Positions 11,990-25,047 of a stretch of 60,677 nt of DNA are shown here, one piece after another. The notes beneath the pieces were generated by a model. That model saw nothing but the letters and a program-made list of their open reading frames with translations. It did no database searches and was not told where the DNA came from. Position numbers and translations under genes: made by a program. This stretch comes from Chiloscyllium plagiosum (Eukaryota), in contig NC_057718.1 of the NCBI RefSeq assembly GCF_004010195.1, forward strand, positions 15,970,555 through 16,031,231. The letters run 5' to 3'. Within the stretch, counting starts at the first letter, position 1; each line of letters opens with the position of its first letter.

Positions 11990-12510
11990 TTCTTGGCAGA
12001 AGCTGTTGTTTGAACAATGCCATCACATCAGTATTATTAATGACCTTTTAGGCGATTATGAAAGGTTAGTAGTTCCATGAGCCATTTATTTGGACATCCT
12101 GCAAAAGATCCACCAGTGATACCTGGGTAATTCCAAGTGTCAGGCCAGAGTACACAAAATTGTACGTTGGCCAGCTATCTCACGTTCCCTTAAGCAATAG
12201 TCTCCAACTGTTTCACCGACACCACTCACAGATAGGACCAGAAAGAATTTTTTCACACTCCTCCTTTCTTATTAGGCCATGGGAACACCTTGGCATTGAT
12301 CTATTTGAATTAAAACAAATGGCTTTTCTATTCTCAGCTGATAATTATTCCCAATGGATTGGGTTCCAAAAGCTTAATCGACACATCTCAGAAGATGTTA
12401 TAACATCTCTGAAGAACATACTTTCTACACATGGAATCCCAGACATATTTGCCTCTGCCAATGGGCTCCAATTCATCAACATATGTTTCCAGTTCTTTGC
12501 TGCTTCATAG
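11990..12510 (+). mobile_element. Gypsy integrase relic
   Basis: RPWEHLGIDLFEL....L...DNYSQW...SEDVITSLKNILSTHGIPDIFASANGLQF (rve core), preceded by a degenerate HHCC region. Confidence 0.85.
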
Positions 12511-15500
12511 GAGTGCATCTGGGAAAATTAACAAATAGTGAAATTCACAACTGATCTTGGAGGAACCTGTTTGGGAGAGGTCACAGCACAGAGACAGATA
12601 AGTGAATAGTTTTAAGTTTGGACTTGGGGCCTTGCTGTAAGTCTGCAGAAATGAATACAGTGAGTTCTTTCTTGATTATATGTTTTATTGAGATATGTCT
12701 GATGATTAACCTTAAAAATATACACCAGAATTATTAGGTTAGCCTGGAACCATGTTTTGTAGAGGAATAAGACAGTGCTTTTTTTTGGGTCTGCAGATTA
12801 GAAGAAACAAAAATGACCCAAGTGGAATGATATGCTCTTCTTGTCGGATGTGGGAGTTTCGGGAGAGATTACGTGTTACTCAGGATTATATCTGCAATAA
12901 ATGCTGTTGGTTGCAAATCCTATCAGATCGAATGGAACGGTTGGAGCGACAGTTAGAGGCAATGAGGAACTTACAAGAGCAAGAGAGTGTAATGGATGGC
13001 AGTTATAGGAAGGGAGAAAAGTTGCAGATACAGTCACATAAATGGTTTAACTCTAGGAAAGGTAATGGAGGTAGGCAGATAGTGTAGGAGTCTTCTGTGA
13101 CTAACCCCATTTCAAACAAGTATGCTGTTTTGGAAAATGTAGGGGGTGATGGATTCTCAGGAGAATGTAGCACAAACAGCCTAGTTTCTGGTATTAAGAC
13201 TAGCTCTAATGCAATGAGGGGTATGTTGGGTTCCAAGAGATCGATTGTGTTAGGGGACTCTCTAGTCAGGGGCTCAGACAGACGTTTCTGCAGCCAGCAG
13301 CGAAGCATCAGAATGGTATTTTGCCTCCCTGGTGCCAGGATGAAGGATGTCTCTGAGAGGGTGCAGAATGTTCTCAAGGGGGAGATGGCCCAGCAGGAGG
13401 TCACTGTACACATTGGAGGCAACAACATAGGAAGGGAAAAGGTTGAGATTCTGAAGGGAGAATACAGAGAGTTAGGCAGAAATTTAAAAAGAAGGTCCTC
13501 GAGAATAGTAATATCTGTATTACTCCCGGTGCTACAAGCTAGTGAGTGTAGGAATAGGAGAATAGAGTAGATGAATGCGTGGCTGAAGAGCTGGTGTATG
13601 GGAGAAGGACTCACAATTTTGCATCATTGGAATCTGTTCTGGGGTAGAAGTGACCTGCACAAGAAGGACAAATTACACCTAAATTGGAAGGGGACTAATA
13701 TACTGGCAGGGAGTTTCCTAGAGCAGCTCAGGAGGATATAAACATGGGACTAGGATATCATAGCAATTACAAAAACATGGCCCAGGGATGGACAGGACTG
13801 GTAGCTTAATGTTCCAGGATACAAATACTCCAGGAAGGACAGAAAGGGAGGCAAGAGAGGAGGGGGAGTAATGTTTTTGATAAGGGATAGCATTACAGCT
13901 GTACTAAGGGAGGATATTCCCAGAAATATATCCAGGGAGGTTATTTGAGTGGAACTGAGAAATAAGAAAGGGACAATCACCTTATTGGGATTGTATTATA
14001 GACCCACCCTCCAATCGTCAGAAGGAAATGGAGAAACAAATTTGTAAGGAGATCTGAGTTAGCTATAAGAATAACAGGGTGGTTATGGTAGGGGATTTTA
14101 ACTTTCCAAACATAGACTGGGACTGCCATAGTGTTAAGGGTTTAGATGGAGAAGAATTTGTTAAGTGTGGACAAGAAAATTTTCTGATTTAGTATGTGGA
14201 TGTACCTACTAGAGAAGGTGCAAAACATAACCTACTCTTGGGAAATAAGACAGGGTAAGTGACTGAGGTGTCAGTGGGGGAGCACTTTGGGGCCAGCGAC
14301 CATAATTCTATTAGTTTTCAAATAGTGATGGAAAAGGATAGACCAGATCTAACAGTTGAAGTTCTAAATTGGAGAAAGGCCAATTTTGACAGTATTAGGC
14401 AAGAACTTTCAAAAGTTGACTGGGGGCAGATGTTCGCAGGTAAAGGGGCGGCTGGAAAATGGGAAGCCTTCAAAATTAGATGACAAAGTGTAGAGACAGT
14501 ATATTCCTGTTAGGGTGAAAGGAAAGACTGGTACATATAGGGAATGCTGGATGACTAAAGAAATTGAGAGTTTGGTTTAGAAAAGGAAGTCTCTGTCAGG
14601 CATAGACAGGATAGATCAAGTGAATCCTTAGAAGAGTATAAAGGTAGTAGGAGTATACTTAAGAGGGAAATCAGGAGGACAAAAAGGGGACATGAGATAG
14701 CTTTGGCAAATAGAGATAAGGAGAGTCCAAAGGGTTTTTACAAATACATTAAGGACAAAAGGGTAACTAGGGAGAGAATAGGGCCCCTCAAAGATCAGCA
14801 ATGCAGCCTGGATGTGGAGCTGCAGGAGATGGGGGAGATACTAAACGAGTATTTTGTAACAGTGTTTACTGTGGAAAAGAACATAGAAGATATAGAATGT
14901 AGGGAAATAGATGGTGACATCTTGAAAAATGTCCATATTACAGAGGAGGAATCACTGGATGTCTGGAAACGCATAAAGGTGGATAAATCCCAGGACCTGA
15001 TCAGGTGTACCCAAGAACTCTGTAGGAAGCTAGCGAAGTGATTGCTGGGCCCCTTGCTGACATATTTGTCTCATCAATAGTCACAGGTGAGGTGCTAGAA
15101 ATCTGGAGGTTGGCCTAATGTGGTTCCATTATTTAAGAAAGGTAGTAAGGACAAGCCAGAGAACTGTAGACTGGTGAGCCTGACGCAGTTGTGGGCAGTT
15201 GTTGGAGGAAATCCTGAGGAACAGGATTTACACGTATTTGGAAAGATTGGGATTGATTAGGGATAGTCAACATGGCCTTGTATTTGAGAAATCATGGCTC
15301 AAGAACTTGATTGAGCTTTTTGAAAAAGTAACAAAGAGGACTGATGAGGGCAGAGTGGTGGACGTGATCTATATGGACTTTAGTAAGGTGTTCAACATGA
15401 TTCTCTGTGGGAGACTGGTTAGCAAGGTTGGATCTCACGGAATACAGGGAGAACTAGCCATTTGGTTACAGAACTGGCTCAATGGTAGAAGGCAGAGAGT

Positions 15501-16645
15501 GGTGGTGGAGGGTTGTTTTTCAGACTGGAAGCCTGTGACCAGTGGAGTGCCACAAGGATCAGTGCTGGGTCCGCTACTTTTGTCATTTATATAAATGATT
15601 TGGATATGAACATAGGAGATATAGTTAGCAAGTTTGCAGATGACACCAAAATTGGAGGTGTAGTAGACAGCAAAGAAGGTTACCTCAGATTATCACAGGA
15701 TCTTGATCAGATGGTCCAATGGGCTGAGGAATAGCAGATGGAATTTAATTTAGATAAATGCGAGGTGCTGCATTTTAGGAAAGCAAATCTTAGCAGGACT
15801 TATACACTTAATGGTAAGGTCCTTGGAAGTGTTGCTGAATAAAGAGACCTTGGAGTGCAGGTTCATAGTTCCTTGAAAGTAGAGTCGCAGGTAAATAGGA
15901 TAGTGGAGAAGGTGTTTGGTGTGCTTTCCTTTATTGGTCAGAGCATTGAGTATAGGAGTTGGGAAGTCACATTGCGGCTGTATAGGACGTCGGTTCGGCC
16001 ACTTTTGGAATATTGCGTGCAATTCTGGTCTCCTTCCTCTTGGAAAGATGTTGTAAAACTTGAAAGGGTTTAGTGGGCGGCACGGTGGCACAGTGGTTAG
16101 CACTGCTGCCTCACAGCGCCTGAGACCCGGGTTCAATTCCCGCCTCAGGCGACTGACTGTGTGGAGTTTGCACGTGTTTCGCTTCGGCGGGTCGGTGTGG
16201 ACTTGTTGGGCCGAAGGGCCTGTTTCCACACTGTAATGTAATCTAAAAAATCTAATCTAAAAGATTTGCAAGGATGTTGCCAGGGTTGGAGGATTTGAGC
16301 TATATGGAGAGGCTGAATAGGCTAGAGCTGATTTCCCTGGAGTGTCGAAGGCTGAGGGGTGACCTCATAGAGGTTTCTCATATCATGAGAGGCATGGATA
16401 GGATAAATAGACAAGGTCTTTTCCCTGGGGTGGGGGAATCCGGAACTAGAGGGCATAGATCTATGATGAGAGCGGAAAGATATAAAAGAGACCTAAGAGG
16501 CAACATTTTCATGCAGGGTGTTGTGTGTCTGTGATGAGCTACCAGAGGAAGTGTTAGAGGCTGGTGCAATTGCAACATTTAAAAGGTATCTGGATGGGTA
16601 TATGAATAGGAAGTGTTTAGAAGGATTTGGGCTGGCAAATACCAA
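12510..16645 (+). mobile_element. Near full-length degenerate CR1 LINE (ORF1 zinc finger, coiled coil and SGNH esterase; ORF2 APE and RT)
   Basis: CSSCRMWE...YICNKC; IVLGDSLVRG, VFCLPGA, HIGGNNIG; GDFNFP, ASDHNSI, YMDFSK, SGVPQGSVLGP, KFADDTK; many stops and frameshifts. Confidence 0.95.
16075..16262 (+). mobile_element. Internally deleted HE1 SINE inserted in CR1 ORF2
   Basis: GGGCGGCACGGTGGCACAGTGGTTAGC, B box GGTTCAATTCC, 3' CCTGTTTCCACACTGT plus TCTAA repeats; the CR1 reading resumes after it. Confidence 0.9.
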
Positions 16646-16924
16646 AGTGCACAGAATGTTGGGAGAGATGGATAGCACTAGAGTAAGGTGGGACTGGAGT
16701 AAAGGAGAAATTAGTGACATCTAAATCAGGGTCACTGTGCATATTATAAGGTGCATATTATAATGTGTCTGACATATATATCACTTTTAAAAACTGCATT
16801 TTAAAACAGTAGCAATATGGGTATGGTTATTTTACAGAAGAATTTAAGAAATTACTAGGTCAGATAGTCTTTCTGGATACTCAGGTTTCTTGCACATTTC
16901 CCTATCTTAATTTATAGCTATTCA

Positions 16925-17640
16925 GATAATAATCTGCTTTCCTGTTGTTTCTCCCTACGTGGATAACCTCACATTTATCCACATTACACTCCATCTGCAA
17001 TGCATTTGCACACTCACTCAGCTTGTCCAAGTCACATTGAAAGTCACAAGGGGGCATAGCTTTAAATTAAGGGGGGGTAGGTATAGGACAGATGTTAGGG
17101 GTAGGTTCTTTACTCAGCGAGTCGTGAGTTCATGGAATGCCCTGCCAGTAGCAGTGGTGGACTCTCCCTATTTATGGGCATTTAAGCAGGCATTGGATAG
17201 GCACATGGAGGATAGTGGGTTAGTGTAGTTTAGGTGGGCTTGGATCGGCGCAACATCGAGGGCCGAAGGGCCTGTACTGCGCTGTATTCTTCTATGTTCT
17301 ATGTTCTATCTCTGCTTCCTCCTCACAGCTCACCCTCCCACTCAGCTTTGTGTCATGTGCAAATTTGGAGATATTATATTTTATCTAAATAATTAATATA
17401 TATTGTGAATAGTTGGGGTCCTAGCACTGATCCCTGCGGTACCCCATTTAGTTTTCTATCGATTTTCAATACACTATCCCCAATTTCATGTAGTTTAATT
17501 TTACGTTTGTCTCTTTTGTGAGACTTTATTGAAAGCCTTCTAAAAGTCCAATAAACAACATCCATGGGCTGCCCCCATCAACTCTATGTGTTACATTCTT
17601 GAAGAATTCTAGTAGATTTATCAAGCATGATTTTCCTTTG
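16925..17640 (-). mobile_element. Older CR1 RT fragment containing an opposite-strand CR1 3' end (~17043-17308, +)
   Basis: Minus strand GVPQGSVLGPQLFTIYIN; plus-strand insert TRGHSFKL..FFTQRVV with an (ATGTTCT)n tail. Confidence 0.85.
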
Positions 17641-17869
17641 AGCAAAACTTAGTTTATACAACCTCCAAAATGAGGAGTGTTTGGTTAGAAATCTGCAGGT
17701 TTTATGAGCTTTGATAATCTAAGTGCTCAGCTTGGAGAATATTCATGTGAAAAAGTCATCACAGTTCACAGGGAGTACTTGGGAGAATCAATGAAGTTGA
17801 ACTTAAAGAGCTTATAGAGGGGTAATTTAAATCTCTGTAATCTATGTTGAGCTGAGTGATAGATTCATA

Positions 17870-18422
17870 TATGGAGTTTTGTGTGCAGATTTGGGCCCCA
17901 TATCTCAGGAAGGATGTACTGGCCCTGAATTGTGTTCAGAGGAGATTCATGAGAATGGTCCCAGGAATGAAAAGCTTAACATATGAAAAACATTTGAGAA
18001 ATCTGGGTTTATACTTGATGGAGTTTAGAAAAATGAAGGGGGATCTAATGGAAACATGTAGAATACTGAATGGCCTGGACAGAGTAGATGTTGGGAAGAT
18101 GTTTCCATTGGTATGAGAGACTAGGATCTGAGAGCATAGCCTTAGAATAAAGGATAGACCTTTTAGAATGGAGATAGGAAAAAATTCTTCAGCCAGAGTG
18201 GTGAATCTACGGAATTCATTGGCACAGAAGGCCGTGAAGGCCAGGTCATTGTACATTCTTAAGACTGAGGTAGATAGGATCTTGAGTATCAAGGAGGTCA
18301 AGGGTTGCGGGGACAAAGTGGGAGAATGGGGTTGAGAAACTTATCAGCCATGATTGAATGGCAGAGCTGACATGATGGGTTGAATGGCCTAATTTCTGCT
18401 CCTATGTCTTATGGTCTTATGG
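17870..18422 (+). mobile_element. CR1 LINE 3' fragment
   Basis: CVQIWAPYLRKDVLAL..VQRRF; tail CTTATGGTCTTATGG. Confidence 0.9.
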
Positions 18423-18605
18423 GATAGCGTTAGGAAATGGGATGAAACTTTGTTTGGCTGTTATTTTTAGTATCTTTCAAGCAGTGTTTGATATTTGGAC
18501 AGGTTAAGTGTTTTCTTTTTCTCTTTTTATATAATAAACTTCTGTTGGTTGAAAAAGATCTTTGCAGTTTTGTGTGGCTACACTTCAGTAACTGACCACA
18601 ACATT

Positions 18606-18945
18606 GAGCAGCACGGTGGCTCAGTGGTTAGCACTGCTGCCTTATAGCGCCAGGTGCCTAGGTTCAATTCCAGCCTCGGGTGACTGTCTGTATGGAGTTT
18701 ACACATTCTCCCCATGTCTGCGTGGGTTTCTTCCAGGTGCTCTGGTTTCCTTCCACAACCCAAAAGATGTGCAGATTAGGTGAATCGGCTATGCTAAATT
18801 GCCCATAGTGTTAAGGGATGTGTAGATTAGGGGTATATGTAGTGTTATAGGGTAGGGGAATAGGTTTGGGTGGGACACTCTTTGGAGGGTCGGTGTAGAC
18901 TTCTTAGGCTGAAGGGCTTGTTTCCACACTGTAGGAATTCTAAAT
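18606..18945 (+). mobile_element. HE1 SINE
   Basis: A and B boxes, V-domain, 3' GTTTCCACACTGTAGGAATTCTA. Confidence 0.92.
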
Positions 18946-20700
18946 AAAATTTTTAAAATTCTATCAGTTTAGGTTATGTTGTGGGATCGAACTTGTCCAG
19001 TAGTACCATTAATTGGGATCATGACAATGTATGTTGTTATGAATCAGACCAAACCCCCTTCAAACATAACAAGGATATATTGACCCCAAATGTTTCTTAT
19101 TTTGAAAGGCAAGTGTAAGGCATTATGTTCAGGATGCAATTTGATTGGTTAAACTACTAGGTTTGAAGCAAAACACACTTTTTTCTTACTCTATCAGTAA
19201 AATACAAACAAAAGAACAAAGAATTGGACTAACAACTATTGGAAAACATAATAGAATGATAGATTATTTAACTTCTAAACAGCAACTATTCCAATATAGT
19301 AACATTCCATAAACATACTCTTGGCAAAGGCAAATTCAGTAAAATGGAATGTCTCACATGCAATTCTGGCAACAGGAAGAGTATACTACTGAAATGTCAT
19401 ATGTTGTGACGTCATGTAACTATCTTGAAAGGTACAATGCCTACCTGTTCTGGAATCTATGCTATAACATTAGTCCATTTCCCCATCAAATAATGGAGGC
19501 CCTTTTCCGTTAACATTTACAAAAATGCAGATATATATATTAATTCTACATGTTTAGATAATACTTTGGTGGATATCCAACACAACCAGACCTAGTTTTT
19601 ATGCTGTTATCATAATTTAGCACTGTAGCTTCACTGTCTGGTGTGCTGTTTGTCAGAATAGGTACATGTGTATTCATTTGTCATAGAGTTATACAGCAGA
19701 GAAACAGATCCTTCAGTGCAACTAGTCCATGACGAACACAATTTCAAACTAAACTAGTCCCACCTCCCTGATGGCATAAGTTGTTGTCTGGCATGATATC
19801 TTCAGTATCTAAGTCATAATCTTGTGCGCTGGGTGGTTGATTTTATGCAGTTTGGATACGTTGACTGATTCTTTGGAGGACTTGATCTTTGCTCATTGTG
19901 TTGTCATATGACCTAGGCTCAACATAATAACATAGTATTAAAATCTTGAACTTTAATTTGTTTACAAGTTGAGATAATTTTTAGCATGCTTGTTGATCAT
20001 GTTCTTGGAACCATTTTCACCCTCTTTTTCAATGATCTGTCATGCACATGTGGCTGGGTGGTGAGAGTGTGGAAGGGAAAAACTGCGTGGCTGCCTTCCA
20101 AACATGCGAACTACAAGCGAGACAAAACTGTTGCGTTAAACTGTAGCATGTAGATTTTGCATAACTATTTGAAATTCTTGGCAAGTCATTATACATTTCA
20201 CTATCACAGATCTTGCTGTATGAATAGTGCATTCTCCAAGATTCTTCAACTGAGGGTAGAGAGAAGAGGTAATATGTTGAACAATCCATTTCCTACACAG
20301 GTGCACTACTGTACTGCAGACTGTTGTCACAACAATTTGTTGATGAACACAAACCATATTCATATGAATTTTGCAACATGGCTGTCAATGTATCAACAGA
20401 TGTTGTATTAGAGGCATCCTTAATTTTTTTGTACAAAAGAGAATCTAGTGATGTTGTCAGTCACCAGAATGTAATCATATCATTGGACATGGAGAATTTC
20501 CATAGCAATCTTGTGCTATGGCTCAAAAGAATTTCATGTGGAAAGAAATATTGTCGGCATTGTTAAGGTTGATGGAGTTAGTATGTTTCATGCAACTTGA
20601 TTAGTTGACGAATATCGTTATATCTGCCTGGCCACAAAAAATGAGTTCACGTGCCAATCCCTTGCCAGTCCTGTGCCCATTTGACTTACATATTGTGTAG

Positions 20701-20866
20701 GCAAAAGTGAGGACTGCAGATGCTGGAAACCAGAGTTTAGATCAGAGTGGTGCTGGAAAAGCACAGCAGGTCAGGCAGCATCCGAAGAACAGGAAAATCA
20801 ACGTTTCAGGCAAAAGCCTTTTATCAGGAATAAAGGTAGGAAGCCTCCAGGGTGGAGAGATAAAAC
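20701..20866 (-). mobile_element. Short Penelope-derived element with a degenerate hammerhead motif, inserted in the Gypsy integrase region
   Basis: Similar to 3499-3627; flanked by the 9-bp direct repeat ATTGTGTAG (20692-20700, 20867-20875). Confidence 0.8.
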
Positions 20867-21514
20867 ATTGTGTAGCCTGTATTGGTGTAGATCTTGCAGG
20901 GGTACCATTTGTTTGCATTTGAAGATTAGAATTTTACTAAGTCCTAGTTTGCTTTTGAATGTGCAGAAAGTGTGTACTAGCTGAGGCACCGATTGGATGC
21001 ATTCAGGCCACCCAGTGCTCTTTTGAAATGTTGCAGCTAGTCATCATCTGATATGGCTTGCTGAATCTGGTCTGCTTGGCTGTGAGCAAATAATTTAGGT
21101 CAATATTAAGACTATCTTCTAACACAGATTCCATAATCTCCATTTGTAAATCTAAAGGAGTATCTTTATTCCTAATGGGATTTGAAAGTCTGCTCAGAGC
21201 ATAGAAATAGTCACATGAGAATCTAATTTGTATTGTATTTCTACATTAGATCTTTACAAGGAGTTGTTTGCGCTAATGACTATTGCAAGTAAACCTTGGT
21301 AATTTTCAACAGTAAAAATTCTCAAATCAACTGAGCTAAATCAATTTATTTGGTTCAAACTATTCATCAACTGATATTAGAGCTGATCCTGCCAAAATAG
21401 ACATACTGAAGATGCCTACACACAAGACAAGGGTGACTTAGAAAACTGCCTCAGGCTGTTCAATTTTTAAATCTCCATTTATTTTAAATTTTGCAACCAA
21501 ATTATCTCTTCTGG

Positions 21515-22635
21515 AAGGGCTGGGTCCCCTGCTTTTCATCATTCATATAAATGATTTGGATGTGAACACAGGAGGTATGGTTAGCAAATGACACCAAAAT
21601 TGGAGGTATAGTTGACAGTGAAGAAGTTACCTCAGAATGCAACTGGATCTCGATCAGATGGGCCAATAGGCCGAGGAATGACAGGTGGAGTTTAATTTAT
21701 ATAAATGTGAGGTGCTGCATTTTAGAAAGGCAAATCAGGGCAGGACCTATACACTTAATGGTAAGGACCTGGGGAGTGTTGCTGAATAAAGAGACCTTGG
21801 ACTGCATTTTTGTAGTTCTTTGAAAGCAGAGTCGCAGGTAGATAGGATAGTGAAGAAGGCATTTGGTATGCTTGTCTTTATTGGTCAGTGCATTGAGTAT
21901 AGGAGTTGGGCAGTCACATTACTGCTGTACAGGACATCGGTTAGGCCATTTTTGGAATACTGTGTGCAATTCTGGTCTCCCTGCTATAGGAAGGATGTTG
22001 TGAAACTTGAAAGGGTTCAGAAAGGATCTACAAGGATGTTGCCAGGGTTGGAGGGTTTGAGCTTTAGGGAGAGGATGAATAGACTGGGGCTATTTTCTCT
22101 GGAGCATTGAAAGCTGAGAGGCGACCTTACAGAGATTATAAGATCATAAGGAGCATGGATAGGGTAAATAGAAAAGGTCTTTTCTGCAGGGTGGGGGAGT
22201 GCAAAACTAGAGGGCATAGGTTTAAGGTGAGAGGGGAAAGATATAAAAGGAACCTAAGGGGCAACCTTTTCACGCAGAGGGTGATGCATGTATGAAATGA
22301 GCTGTCAGAGGACATGGTGGAGGCTGGTACATTTACAACATTTAAAAGGCATCTGAATTGAATTGAATTTATTGTCACGTGTACGGAGGCACAGTGAAAA
22401 GCTTTGTTTTACGAGCAATACAGGCAGATCACATAGTTAGGTAGCATAGATAGTAAATAATAGGTAAACAGTGGCAAAAGTAAAAGCATAGGTTTTTGGT
22501 AGGAATAGAAAGGGTTTATAGGAATATAAGCCAAGTGCTTGCAAGTGCGACGAGATTAAATTAGAATGTCTGGTTTGTATGGACAAGTTGGAATGAAGGG
22601 TCTGTTTCTGTGCTGTATATCTCTGTGACTCTATC
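21515..22635 (+). mobile_element. CR1 LINE 3' fragment
   Basis: VRPFLEYCVQFWSP, TRGHRFKVRG, CTCTGTGACTCTAT tail. Confidence 0.92.
22354..22490 (-). mobile_element. Rex1/Babar-like LINE 3' end inserted in CR1
   Basis: Minus strand ends CACTGTGCCTCCGTACACGTGACAATAAA followed by (ATTCA)n; same 3' motif as the element at 53183-53805. Confidence 0.6.
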
Positions 22636-22714
22636 TTCTCCACAAAAACAAACTATGCACATGCCTAAAAGATCACCGGTGTATTTTTCACTCTCTCAAA
22701 AATGCTTTATCATG

Positions 22715-23058
22715 ATAGAATCCCTGCCATGTAGAAGCAAACCATTCAGCCCCCATCGGATCTACACTGACCCTCCAAAGAGTGTCCCACCCAGACCCAG
22801 CCTATTATTGTAACCCTGCATTTCCAATGGCTAATGCACCCAGCCTACATATCCCTGGACACTATGGGCAATTTGGCATTGCCAATCCATCTAACCTGCA
22901 TATCTTTGGATTGTAGGAGGAAACCAGAGCACCCAGAGGAAATCCATGCAGACTGAGGGAGAATGTGCAAACTCCACACAGACAGTCACCCGAGGGTGGA
23001 GTTGAACTCAGGTCCCTGGCACTGAGACAGCAATGCTAACCACTGAGCCACTGTGCCA
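22715..23058 (-). mobile_element. HE1 SINE
   Basis: Reverse complement shows the A and B boxes, V-domain and CR1-like tail. Confidence 0.9.
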
Positions 23059-23181
23059 TCAACATCCAACCAATGTGTTCTTCAACATTATTATCCTTCT
23101 AAGCTTACTGCATTGGTAGTAGATACATCCCAGAACAGGCTTGGAACATGTCTGTTAAGGACAATAAGCCTATTGCATCTG

Positions 23182-25047
23182 TAAATAGACAATAGACAAT
23201 AGATAATAGGTGCAGGAGTAGGCCATTCTGCCCTTCGAGCCNNNNNNNNNNNNNNNNNNNNNNNNNNNNNNNNNNNNNNNNNNNTCCAATCCTTTAATAA
23301 TCTTATATGTCTCAATCAGATCCCCTCTCAGTCTTCTAAACTCAAGGGTACACAAGCCCAGTCGCTCCAATCTTCGCTCCAATAGTCCCGCCATTCCAGG
23401 AATTGACCTTGTGAACCTACGCTGCACTCCCTCAATAGCCAGAATGTCTTTCCTCAAATTTGGAGACCAGAACTGCACACAATATTCCAGGTGTGGTCTC
23501 ACCAGGGCCCTGTACAGCTGCAGAAGAACCTCCTTGCTTCTATATTCAATCCCTCTTGTTATGAAGGCCAGCATGCTATTAGCTTTCTTCACTACCTGCT
23601 GTACCTGCATGCTTGCCTTCATTGACTGGTGCATAAGAACACCAAGATCTCTTTGTACTGCCCCTTTACCTAACTTGACTCCATTTAGGTAGTAATCTGC
23701 CTTCCTGTTCTTGCCACCAAAGTGGATAACCATACAATTATCCACATTAAACTGCATCTGCCATGCATCTGTCAACTCAACTAACCTGTCTAGGTCACCC
23801 TGTAATCTCTTAACATCCTCCTCACATTTCACCCTGCCACCCAGCTTTGTATCATCAGCAAATTTGCTAATGTTACTATTAATACCATCTTCTATATCAA
23901 TAATATATATTGTAAAAAGCTGCGGTTCCACCACTGATCCCTGCATTACCCCACTGGTCACCGCCTGCCATTCTGAAAGGGACTGTTTATCACTACTCTT
24001 TGTTTCCTGTCAGCCAACCAATTTTCAATCCAAGTCAGTACTTTGCCCCCAATACCATGCACCCTAATTTTGCTCACTAACCTCCTATGTGGGACTTTAT
24101 CAAAGGCTTTCTGAAAGTCCAGGTACACTACATCCACTGGATCTCCCTTGTCCATCTTCAGAGTTACATCCTCAAAAAATTCCAGAAGATTAGTCAAGCA
24201 TGATTTCCCCTTCATAAATTCATGCTGACTCTGACCTATCCTGTTACTGCTATCCAGCTGTGTCGTAATTTCATCCCTTATAATTGACTCCAGCATCTTT
24301 CCCACCACTGAGGTCAGACTAACTGGTCTATAATTTCCTGCTTTCTCTCTCGCTCCTTTCTTAAAAAGTGGTACAACATTAGCCACCCTCCTATCTGCAG
24401 GAACTGAGCCTGAATCTATCGAACTCTGGAAAATAATCACCAACGCATCCACGATTTCTAGAGCCACCTCCTTTAGTACCCTAGGATGTAGACCATCAGG
24501 CTCCAGGGACTTATCAGCCTTCAGACCTAACAGTGTCTCCAACACCAATTCCTGGCAAATATAAATTCCCTTCAGTTCAGGTCCTTTAGCCACTGTTACC
24601 TCTGGGAGATTGCTTGTGTCTTCCCCAGTGAACACAGATCTGAAGTACCAATTCAACTCTNNNNNNNNNNNNNNNNNNNNNNNNNNNNNNNNNNNNNNNN
24701 NNNNNNNNNNNNNNNNNNNNNNNNNNNNNNNNNNNNNNNNNNNNNNNNNNNNNNNNNNNNNNNNNNNNNNNNNNNNNNNNNNNNNNNNNNNNNNNNNNNN
24801 NNNNNNNNNNNNNNNNNNNNNNNNNNNNNNNNNNNTTCCCTCATCAACCACGGCCACCCCTGCCTCCTCATAGGATCTTTCTTCCTTTTTGGAATGAACT
24901 GATCCTGTATCATCTGCATTATACCCAGAAATATCTGCCATTGTTCCTCCACTATCATCCTTGCTAAGGTATTGCACCATTGAACTTTGGCCAGCTCTTC
25001 CCTCATAGCTCCATAGTTCCCTTTATTCAACTGAAATATTGTCACTT
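23182..25047 (-). mobile_element. Relatively young CR1 LINE (ORF2 RT region), with two assembly gaps
   Basis: Long open frames of 263 and 340 aa: YLDFQKAFDKVPH, KFADDTKLGG, VRPHLEYCVQFWSP; (TCTATTG)n tail. Confidence 0.95.

Noticed and set aside
13097..13570. SGNH/GDSL esterase as a host or horizontally acquired gene
   Set aside because: It is the known esterase domain of CR1-clade ORF1, embedded in a LINE and repeated at ~54.1 and ~60.3 kb.
13003..13614. 203-aa minus-strand ORF and many similar short ORFs
   Set aside because: Antisense or alternative frames of CR1, HE1 and Penelope sequence.
23242..24835. N runs and ORFs spanning them
   Set aside because: Assembly gaps; ORF continuity across them is not evidence.
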